Shown: positions 50,305 through 60,207 of the stretch, one piece after another
How the letters are laid out: every line of letters begins with the position of its first letter
Position numbering within the stretch: the first letter of the stretch is position 1
Assembly (NCBI GenBank): GCA_001949185.1
Contig: BDGG01000015.1
Span: forward strand, 563,036-627,035
Length of the DNA stretch: 64,000 nt
Direction: 5' to 3'
From: Ramazzottius varieornatus
Lineage: Eukaryota > Animalia > Tardigrada
Made by a program: the position numbers and the translations under genes
The notes under the pieces: model-generated
The model's input: only the letters and a program-made list of their open reading frames with translations
Databases searched by the model: none
What the model was told of the DNA's origin: nothing

Positions 50305-51045
50305 CTTCGGCGTAAGTTCAGAGTTCTCTACAGATTTCGCTCTGATCCTGAGGAAAATTTCCGCAAAGAAAACAAAAGCAGAGTGCGACAAGAGCACCGA
50401 ACGAACAGTGACTCAGTAAGCGCCGTCTGTCAGTGCGGTTACAACGTAAAGTGGTGTATGACGTCACCAGGACCTATCAATCAACTGGCTGGTTTTGATC
50501 GCCTGCTCGAACTCATAAGTCATGACTCATAAGTGATAAGAAAGAAAATTTTCCGATTTTCCACCATACATGAGCTGCTAAAGGTGGCCTTGCCGGAACG
50601 TCAAACACACTGATCGAGCGATTGATTGATTACGTACCGCTAACAGATAGGTAGGACCGATATGGTGTACGTCATACGTTGATTATATACAGTACGTTAT
50701 GTGATGTAATTTACTAACGAAACTCAAAATGAGCTCTTCATTCAATCAAGGAATCCGAGCAACAGAAGAAAACTGTCTCGCCAAACACAAGCAACCGCTG
50801 GGCTGCAAAAAGCGTGAGTGACATAGTTTGAACCGGGTGTCTGTGTGTGGAAGTCTACACCACGTACACGTTACCATCTGCTTGATAATGACTAACAAAC
50901 GCCATTTACGACGGTTGCGGTTTTGGCAGGCCATGTGCAAGTGAACGCCCCTTTTAGCAGCTCATCACTGTTTTCCACAGTCTTGTAAGTGAATTGACTG
51001 AATTCTTGAGCTGTAGTGGATCAGAATCACTGGATCTGCTTCAGT

Positions 51046-53566
51046 ATGGATTCATCGGAGAACGATGATCAGCTCACGGTAGAGGAAGTGGAGGAGATGT
51101 CTCCGATGGAACGAGCGATCAAGGCGGTACGAGATGGTATGAGCTACAAGAAAGCTGCAAAGACGTTCAAAGTGGCCCGTACAACTCTCAGGATGCGAAG
51201 TTTGGGCCTAAGCTCGGGAATAATGGGACCACGGCGACGCTTTACTCCATGGGAAGAAGAGATTATCAAGGACGTACTGAAGCAGTGCCGTGATATGGGC
51301 TTGAATGTGAATCGCAAGAGAGATGCACCCATCGTCCAGAAAATGGCAATCGCCAAAGGTAAGAATATGATTATTTCAGTCACGTGCTCATTGTATGTTG
51401 TGCATCGATCACGGGACTTGAATATTGTTCAGTTTATTTGAGGCCTTGCCCAAATGGCGCGCGTTTACACTGTTATTGGTCAGAAGGATGGATCACTTGG
51501 GGAAAGACAATTTTTGTCGAGCCAAGTTGCTGTCCCAAGTGGTGCTTATTTTCGGTGGAGTTAGCTGGGAGCGTGCGCCACTTGGGAAAATTGTCTTGTC
51601 GAGTTTGTTTGCTTAATTTGATTCATGGATAATGAATGGGTCATTTTGGCTCTTCTTAGGAATCCACGAGAAGAAATTTGGTGGCAACTGGCTGAGTAAC
51701 TTCTTTGACCGTCACCCTTTGGAAAAGCGGCTGGTTTCAAGCTCGGATGCCGAAAAAGACGCTGAAACGGTGGCAGAAGCTGACATTCAGATGACGGACC
51801 CCAGTATCTCCTTAGGTGACATGAACTTCCCCCTCTCTGCCCCAAAGATTTCCTCCACCCAGCAGCAACGAGACATGTCGGGTCCTGAACTTATGGAAGA
51901 GATGAACAAAGAAGGCTACCTGGCAGAACCGCAGGGCGTTTGGATCATTGCCGAATGCCTAATCTCCCTTAAGAGTACGTATACTGGTACAGTTACTGAG
52001 TCCGTGACTCGTTTATGTAGATGGCATCTAGGATTCCAAGCAAACAAACTCGACAGGATCGTTTATGAACGTGGCGTAAGCTTCCAGCCAGTTACACTGG
52101 ACATATGCGCCACTTTGAATAACAATCTGGCCGAGGTTCCCAAGTGGCGCACGCTTCCAACCAATAACATCAGAAGCTTGCGCCACTTGGGAAACAGTGT
52201 TGTCGAGATTTTTTGTCGAGCTACCATATCATCTTCTTTTTGTCTCGCAGGGTATTACAAGAAGTACTACGACAAAGTGGAGACACCGGGTTCCGACAAG
52301 CCGATTCGCGTATTAGTTTGTGGAAATGCCGCCGGGTCTTTCCTGTCGCCTTCCGTTGTACAGCTCAGGAGCCAGCAAGAACCAGTTGCGAGAGATTTCA
52401 CGGACTTTCTGACCCTGATTCGACAGCAACTCCTTCACCTGATAACCGCTCGAAAAGTAAGTATGAATCTAATGCACAGCTGGTTTTTGAATGGGTGGAA
52501 ATCGTATTGGAGTCGGGAGTGTTTCTTGTAGAATGTGATATTCATGGACCGCCCGTCCTCGGAACTTCGGCTGATGCCGGACTTCGTGGTTGCCTGTTCA
52601 GAAACTACTAAAGACGTCAAGCTGCTACCGTTTCCCAGATTCTCAGTGGTCAAGAACTGGAGCTACACATGCGGAAGTGTGCTGCAGAAACGGTGGAACC
52701 ACTACGTCGAAACAGCGAACATTCAGAACGACATGCAGCCCACTGTAAGCACTAATCAGAATTATACCAGATTTGTGTGGTACTTCGTAGCAAATTCGAC
52801 TTGCCCTCCTCGTTCTCAACTTCCCATGACTTATTGATCGAAAAGTTGTCGGAGCACACGAATCGCTGTTTGATTGCGACGTCGGCAACTGAATTCACCC
52901 AAATCGTACTTTCAAGTGGCGCACGCGGTCAGGCAATAGCACTCCCAATAGTACTGAAGACGTGCGTCACTTGGCAAAACAGTCAAACTCCAAACTTGTC
53001 GAAGCGGCGCACTTCTTCGCATGGAAACACCGAAAAGTCCACCACTTAGGGAAACAGCCTCATTTGCCGACGTTCTAGTTGTCGCATTCCCAATTCCCGA
53101 AGTTCGCTTTCTGCGAATGGAAGGTATGCAGTTTTTCTCTCATTCTTTGCGTGACTTGCTATTGTAGGAAGGTGACTTCCACGATATCGCCCAACACATG
53201 AGGAAAGCCTGGACCAAGATCTCACTGAAACAGACATTCCAAGAAGCCTTCGAGAAGACTGGCCTGTATCCATACCAGCCTGAGGTCCTCACGAACGCTC
53301 TTGAGTCTTATCGAATGATGATCAAACCTCCGGTCCCGCGTCGCAAGATCCCTCACGAGAAGGAAAGGGAAGAAATCAGTAAGCTTCTGACCAAAATAGG
53401 TTTGACGAAAGAACAGAGGTTCGCTGTCATGAAGTCTGTCCGGAAGTTCATGGACCAGAACTTACCCGAAGATAAGCGACCTCCTCCAAACAAACGCGGA
53501 AAGAAACGCAGCAAAGAGCAAATCGCAGCTGCCAAGGAATCAGAATTAGCTCAACATGAGCTCTAA
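51046..53566 (+). CDS. Pogo/CENP-B-like transposase-derived protein B, paralog of 43181-45373, 5 exons
   Basis: AIKAVRDGMSYKKAAKTFKVARTTL, WLSNFFDRHP, VLVCGNAAGSFLSP, VIFMD, AFEKTGLYPYQPE; introns 51359-51659, 51975-52250, 52457-52531, 52745-53167 at positions homologous to protein A. Confidence 0.8.
51440..51612. mobile_element. Family A element in intron 1 of protein B
   Basis: Two cassettes; TCTTGTCGAGTTTGTTTGC end. Confidence 0.65.
52030..52222. mobile_element. Family A element in intron 2 of protein B
   Basis: GCAAACAAACTCGACAGG start; two cassettes; TTGTCGAGCT end. Confidence 0.7.
52860..53095. mobile_element. Family A element in intron 4 of protein B
   Basis: CAAGTGGCGCAC...GTGCGTCACTTG plus a second degenerate cassette. 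Confidence 0.55.
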
Positions 53567-53737
53567 TCTCATCTACTTTTTTGTTTCATCTCGATCGTTT
53601 TCTAAGTGTCTGTTCGTTACTTACTAACGAGTCTACGGTGTTTATTGTAAATATCCCGACGAATGGTCAAAAATAAAGGCTGAGAACAAGGAGTTCGGGT
53701 CTAATCTCACCAGCTGCGTTCTCATCGCGGATAAATC

Positions 53738-53905
53738 GGAGCCCGCAAACAACTTCGACAAGTCTCTACTGCCAAGTGGCACGCGCTCTCAGTGATAGTG
53801 GCTGGAAGCGTGCGTCACTTGGGAAAACGAACCTCTCCACTTTGATTATCTTCCCAAGCGGCGCATGTTCCCAATGCTGTGAACATTTATTCTGCCGAGT
53901 TTGCG
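53738..53905. mobile_element. Family A element between protein B and the X11 fragment
   Basis: GGAGCCCGCAAACAACTTCGACAAG plus cassette. Confidence 0.65.
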
Positions 53906-53937
53906 CATATTTGCAAGGTCATGGTTTCACATTTTCG

Positions 53938-54401
53938 GCTTCCGCCATCGGTAACGCTTTCCAAGTAGCGTACATGGGATACCTGAAAGCCAACGGTGTG
54001 CAGGACGACCGTTACTTGCGCCACCTGGACTACCTGGAAGTGCTCAACTCGCAGGAAATGTCCACCAACGAATTGGACCTCTTTGCTTCCAAAGAGAAAC
54101 AAGTCAACGTAAGCTTTGTCTTGCACAGTTTTCAATATATTCAAAGGTAGGAGCGTTGACCAACGGTGGAAGTTGGTTTGGGGGTTAGGTGGTGATACCG
54201 AAGACGAAGGGGGAAATGTTGGGTGTGGTCATTGTGGAGTCGGGCTGGGGTAGTATGCTACCTACCGTCATCATTGCCAACCTCTGTCCCACCGGCCCTG
54301 CTGCTCGCTGCGCTAAACTGTCCATCGGCGACCAACTCATCTCCATCGATGGCATTAGCTTGGTGGGACTACCGCTGGCTCACTGCCAGACCATCATCAA
54401 G
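53938..54401 (+). pseudogene. Orphan two-exon fragment of X11/Mint/LIN-10 (end of PTB domain + PDZ1)
   Basis: IGNAFQVAYMGYLKANG...LNSQEM..ELDLF|[47 protein letters not shown]; no flanking exons found. Confidence 0.78.
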
Positions 54402-54612
54402 GTACCAAGTTAGAGTTATCAATATAATAAATGTCGAAAATGTCGTAGAAAAATTCCGTGGTTTACATCTTGATCTTGTTCCGTGTATCCTTTAGCATCT
54501 CGTCTAACGAAATATTGACACGTAACAAAATAAAAGAGTAAGGCTTAATGGTACTGTTGTAGATCGGATTTTTTCCGAATATTCTTTTTGTGCCCATGGA
54601 TACATGCCCATG

Positions 54613-54676
54613 GAACAGAGGTTCGCTGTCATGAAGTCTGTCCGGAAGTTCATGGACGAGAACTTACCCGAAGATA
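54613..54676 (+). repeat. 64-bp copy of protein B last-exon sequence (53411-53474)
   Basis: GAACAGAGGTTCGCTG...ACCCGAAGATA with one mismatch. Confidence 0.9.
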
Positions 54677-54723
54677 CCGAAGATGGATACATTGTCGATT
54701 ACAAACAACCGATTTACGTTTAC

Positions 54724-54843
54724 GGAAGGCCGGCGAACGAAGCGTGCAAGATCGTCGTTTCAAGTGGCGCTCATCTTCGGTTTTGTTTGCTGCAGGCGTG
54801 CGCCACTTGGAAGAACCATCTTGGGTTTGTTTGCCTACGTCCT
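54724..54843. mobile_element. Family A element upstream of the GST cluster
   Basis: CAAGTGGCGCTC...GTGCGCCACTTG with degenerate ends. Confidence 0.65.
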
Positions 54844-55224
54844 GCATAGTTCGTTCTAAACGACTGTGCGGTTTATCCGGCCGATTATCAAAACCTGTCC
54901 TCCACTTCCAGGAAGGCTGTCGCACAATAATTTGGAAGTACTTGTCTCAGAGCTTACTCAATCGCTCTGTGGTGATATCGAAGATTAATATTTCCTCCGG
55001 CGGCGTACCTGTAGAACCAGAATGCAAAGACCCGGCCCGTTTTATCGATCAGTCATGACCAAGCACTTTTTACTTCGAATCTGCAAGTCATGAGTGCTCC
55101 CTCATGGACGGCTTTATCAACCTGTAGCGTAGCCTTCTTGTTGCGTTACTCTGCAGAGTGACTTTACCAAATCGAGTCGAGCGACCTACGCTAGGTCTTT
55201 CCGCAGCTGTCCTCACCTAACAAG

Positions 55225-56170
55225 ATGGCGCCCAAAATCACACTGCACTACTTCGATGCTCCTGGTCGTGCCGAGCCCATCCGCTGGATCCTGGCATACG
55301 GCGCAGGAGAGGACTGGACGGACCATCGCATCGAACGAGCAGAATGGCCGGCTATCAAAGCTACCACCCCCTTCGGAAGCGTGCCCTACATCGAAGTTGA
55401 TGGAAAGCCGCTGGGACAATCCATCGCCATCATGCGATACCTGGCTAAACAGTACGGCTTGGTCGGACAGGATGCTTGGGAGAACGCTCAGGTTGACGCT
55501 ATGGCTGACTACATCACTGGTAAAATGCACTTCTAATCTAAAAGAGAGTTTCTTCCTTGCCCAAGGACGTATTGAGGTCCCTAACAGGTCCGCAATTTGG
55601 CCCTTTTTCTACGAAGTTTTTATGGAATGTTAGTCCGGGTTGTGCCGGGCACGGTCCTGACCGGCAACATCGTAAAAAAGGGGCCAAATTGCGGACCTTT
55701 TAGGGACCTCAATACGTCCTTGGTCTTTGCCAATCTCAAACTATTGCTTAAACAATAGACTCCTAAGCTGATATGAAGCGAATCGGATCACATATCATAC
55801 CATGTTAATTGGCTCTCTTTTCAGCTTGTTTTTCGTTGCAGATGCTAGTGCTGGGTACTCGGTCTACACTCGAGCCCGCATAGGCAACGACGAAGCCGGC
55901 ATGAAGAAAGCCGCCGAAGAGTACACTGGCACCACCATCAAGCCGTTCTTGGCCATGTTCGAGCGAATCCTGCAGGACAACAAGTCGGGCCAGGACTTCC
56001 TGATTGGCAATAAGCCGACCTGGGCCGACATCTTGTTGACCATCTTGATGGACAGGGCTGTGCAGCTCCAGACGGACCTTCTGCAGCCTTACCCACTCTT
56101 ACAGGCCCATACCCATCGTATCCATAACCTCAAAGGCATCAAGGAATGGATCCAGAAGCACCCCATGTAG
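55225..56170 (+). CDS. Glutathione S-transferase, sigma-like; exons 55225-55519, 55842-56170
   Basis: LHYFDAPGRAEPIRWILAY, TPFGSVP, QSIAIMRYLA, PTWADI. Confidence 0.92.
55561..55723. mobile_element. MITE family B with about 50-bp terminal inverted repeats in GST intron
   Basis: CCAAGGACGTATTGAGGTCCCTAA..GGTCCGCAATTTGGCCC / GGGCCAAATTGCGGACC..TTAGGGACCTCAATACGTCCTTGG. Confidence 0.8.
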
Positions 56171-56270
56171 ACTTTCCAATTCGAGGAAAAACACAAGCGA
56201 AAAAAACATTTCTTGCATTGCGCTTTTGATCTGATTGACACTTAGTTCCCTGGACACCTTCTCCACTTAA

Positions 56271-56784
56271 CATTCTGCGTACGACCGTCCTCTTTGTGTA
56301 TACAATCACTCAGTTTTATTCACCTCCCAGTTTTAGCTTTTGGTCTTTCGGGTCTGGCTCTTTTTGTTTGCATGTACCTCGGTCTTCTCACCAAAGCAAC
56401 ACTAATGACCAGCGGTCAGCAAAACCCCAGCACGCTGGAAATTTCTTTTACGGTTTTGGGGAAATTTGGTGTTTCGTCTCTTCGCGCGAGACACGTCCAC
56501 GGTATTCGCTTAGAAAAAAACTGGAGCACTGGGGACAGTCTTATCTGTCGAAGCCGAGCCTGGGATAAATTTTGTAGTCATCAGTGCGCTCAGAAGAAAA
56601 TCGAGACGACCAGTTCTCCCTTTTGAGATTTGGCGTTCATGGCCAAGTATCCGAATTTTGGAATTATGAAAATTGCCTATTGGTTGGACCAGCCTCCGCA
56701 ACACGGTACCAGCCAATAAAATTCCTGTATACACAAAGAGGACGGTAGTATTCTGCAAACATGAAAATGATCGTGCTGAAAGTG
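56271..56784. mobile_element. 514-bp non-autonomous piggyBac-like element, copy 2
   Basis: Flanked by TTAA on both sides; asymmetric terminal plus subterminal inverted repeats. Confidence 0.8.
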
Positions 56785-56822
56785 TTAATCATTAATTTTG
56801 TTGACGGCGCACTAGCCGGAAA

Positions 56823-57059
56823 TATAGAAGGCTCGGCGAAGCTAAAATAAGCCGTTTTAGCCGTTCTTAGCCGTGGCTAAAAATATTTTAAAAAATACTT
56901 CTAGCTACGGCTAGAATGTATTGTGCGTTCGAATGATTTATTGATGCCAAAAAAGATTTTTAGCCACGGCCAAAATATTTTTAGCCGCGGCTAAAATATT
57001 TTTAGCCACGGCTAAGAACGGCTAAAGCGGCTTATTTTAGCTTCGCCGAGCCTTCTATA
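56823..57059. mobile_element. MITE family C, long inverted repeats with TA-rich ends
   Basis: TATAGAAGGCTCGGCGAAGCTAAAATAAGCCG...CGGCTTATTTTAGCTTCGCCGAGCCTTCTATA; internal TTTAGCC.CGGCTAA units. Confidence 0.8.
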
Positions 57060-57538
57060 GCCAGAAACACACCCTCCCACTTAGAATATATTTGCTTCGA
57101 GTTCGAAAGGAGTAAAAACCAATCAGACGACGAAAGTCCAAGTCGGTTACTGATTTCTTCTTGAGCAGAAGGATTCAGTCGCTGACAGGCCACCAAGAAT
57201 GTAAAATTGTCCCATCTACCAGCGGGAACAGTCGCTGCTGATGTTTTCCGCACTTTGGAACAAAGTGCAAAGAGCTGGTGCCTTGATGCAGGCTTACAGC
57301 CTGTATCATCATGCCGATCGCGCTTCGCAAAGTGTTACCTTGCAAAATCGCTTTAGACCAACCATCTCGGTTCGACTTTTAGATTAACGCGGCAGATTCT
57401 AACCTAGGTCGCCGACAGCTTTTTTTGAAACTTATAGCCCCCACTCCATACTTGGATCATTTAATATTACTTGGCGTCCCTCACCAAATTGTTCGAGCTT
57501 TCGAGACGCAGCTTTGGTCATCACTGCGGGTGACAATA

Positions 57539-58432
57539 ATGTTCAGACATGCGTGTCATGGACTGCTCGCCTTGGCAATTGTGGCCATAAGTTTCGCATA
57601 CTCGAATGCAGAAGAGACTGGTCCCAAGCCGGCAAACATCACCCTCCACTATTTCAACGTGCCATGGTCAGGTCGCGATGCGCCGGTTCGCTGGGTCCTG
57701 GCCTACGGCGCCGGTGAAAGCTGGACATTCCATGGTGTTGAGCGGGCACAATGGGCGGACTTGAAATCCACCACACCGTTCGGGCAACTTCCCTACATTG
57801 AGATCGACGGAAAACCATTGGGTCAGACATACGCTATTTTGAGATACCTGGCCAAACAGTATGGCTTATCCGGACAAGATGATTGGGAGAACGCTCAGAT
57901 CGACGCAGTGGCCGAGTACATCAGAGGTCAGTTCCTAGTCCCAAGTTCAAATGAAGCAAATATACCAACTTGCTTGAATTAGTACATTTTTATATCTATT
58001 TTTTTGTTGAATTTATTTTTGTTGAATTTATTTATTGAATGTATGAAATTTCATCAATTTGTGTTATTTTATTTTTCCATTAAATATTTGTCTACTCGTA
58101 CAGATGCCGGCCAGGGGTATGCGGCTTACGCTTACGCCAGGATGTCCCAGGACGAAGGTGCCATGAAGAAAGCCGGAGATGAGTACGCCAATGTGACGAT
58201 CCAACCGTTCCTGGCCAAGTTGGAGCGTCTGCTGCAAGACAACAAGGCAGGCCACGACTTCCTGGTTGGCAGCAAGCCGTCGTGGGCCGACATCTTGCTG
58301 ACGACACAAGTGGACAGGGCACTCAAGTTGAAGGCGGACCTACTCCAATCTTATCCGCTGCTGAAAGCCCATACCGATCGCATTCACAACTTGAAAGGCA
58401 TCAAAGAATGGATCGCCAAACATCCCGTCTGA
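57539..58432 (+). CDS. Sigma-like GST with N-terminal signal peptide; exons 57539-57926, 58104-58432
   Basis: MFRHACHGLLALAIVAISFAYSNA precedes the GST core (LHYF, TPFGQLPY, QTYAILRYLA, PSWADI). Confidence 0.88.
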
Positions 58433-58984
58433 ACTTTGGCCAGCCAACAGTCAATAACACTTTCGTATGACTGTTTTGTCCGCATTCCCAGCGTCGAGGC
58501 CCACTTTAAGTTAGTTTTTTCCATTGTGCGTACGGTACACTATCCCACACTATCCTGCTCCTTGCACTACCATGGGCTCTGGCACTATAAAGCTTACGGT
58601 TACTTCACGAAGCATTCCTCGTTTGCTATACACACTTAGCTTTCTGCACAGAAGACAACTTCACTGATTATTTCGCGCTTCTCCGCTCAACAACAACAGT
58701 AATTAGATACGCCAGATAGTCGCTGACGGTGAAGACGAAAAAATAATAAGGTCGATGACGGTGAAGACTTCATCAAAGTTTGCAGCATCGGCTAGCGCTT
58801 ATGTCTTGGAGATACCGTGGTCGCATGGGACACCATTAACCTTGAAATCTTAATATGCTGCGTGCGTCATACAACCTCGATCTTACCCTTTGGTTCTACC
58901 CTTGCCGTCGAGTCGCAGACTTTCGTGCGAAATCCAGAAACCTTTAATAGATTGCACTTTGTCGCAGGGGAAGGCGGCTGGTCT

Positions 58985-59899
58985 ATGGCGCCAAAAGTGA
59001 CGCTGTCTTATTTTAACCTACAGGCTCGAGGGGAGATTATCCGTTGGATTCTCAGCTACAGCGGTGTGGAATGGAAGGACAGACGGATCGAACGAGCGGA
59101 ATAGCCGTCGCTAGCACTCAAGACTCCTTTTGGCCAACTTCCTTACATCGAAGTCAGCGGTCACCCCGTTGCTCTAGCTCAAACCTACGCCATTGCCAGG
59201 TACCTTGCTCGACAATACGGTCTAGCCGGCCGGGACGCCTGGGAGGAAGCCCATGTCGATGCACTTGCCGATTACACAGCCGGTGAGCAGTCAAATTCAA
59301 ACGGGAGCTCGGCAAACAGGTCGACAAGACTGTTTTGCCACGTGGCGGACGTTGTCGGTCTTTTCGGCTGACATCGTGCGCCACTAGGGATCACGACCTT
59401 GTTGAGTTTGCTTCTCCAAGTGGCGCACCTGTTCAGTGTTCCTGACTGACGCCGTGCGCCACTTGGAGAAAATAGTCCGGCGAGGTTCGTTCGCCTGGTT
59501 GCCGAATGCAGGTTTCGGTCATCTTTCGAGGTAACCATATGCATGCTTCCCTGTTCAGATGCTGGCCAAGGGTATTCTGCCTGCATACAAGAGTACATGG
59601 CTAAAGACGACAACAACTCGGCGGCAATGGCTGTAGAGTTTTGCACCTTCATCTCCATTAGACCCTTCCTGGAGGTCTTCGAGAGAACCCTCCGAGAGAA
59701 CAAACATGGACCGACTTATCTGGTGGGCTGCAGACCGACATGGGCCGATCTCGCTGTGACCATCCTGCTGGACAGAAGCCTCAATACGCGAAAGACCCTC
59801 TTACATCCATATCCGCTGCTGAAGGATTTCCGAGAAAGGATACGAAAGTTGACAGGCATCAAGGAATGGCTTGCCCAACGCCCGACCACTCCCTTCTAA
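58985..59899 (+). pseudogene. Sigma-like GST with premature stop; exons 58985-59282, 59559-59899
   Basis: TAG at 59102-59104 replaces the Trp of ERAEW; otherwise colinear with its paralogs. Confidence 0.8.
59303..59508. mobile_element. Family A element (two cassettes) in third GST intron
   Basis: GGGAGCTCGGCAAACAGGTCGACAAG start. Confidence 0.8.
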
Positions 59900-60207
59900 C
59901 ATTCACAAACTTTCAACCCTATAATACAGACTGTCATCAAATTTGATACATGCGTTCGAGCTATTCTGCTACTGAATTAACTTGTAACAAAGGATAATAA
60001 TTAGCACACATTGCACTATATTTTGCCCCGAGGAAACTTTCCCCAGTAATACACTGTAGGCATGTATAAATGAGAGAATCAATAAAAAGATATTATATGC
60101 ATCATCACTATTTTACTGCACTTGTGCATTCGTTCGCGCTTCATCTAATAGCCGTAATGAATATAAATCACGTCGTTCGATCATAATTCCTTACATTTGG
60201 AATTGGC

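Noticed and set aside
49759-50532. 257-aa plus-strand ORF
   Set aside because: Antisense shadow of the F-box pseudogene with no recognisable motifs; the same applies to most short ORFs overlapping real exons or family A repeats
43497-53167. Family A elements as intron-creating introners
   Set aside because: Homologous introns exist without the element and element ends do not coincide with splice sites
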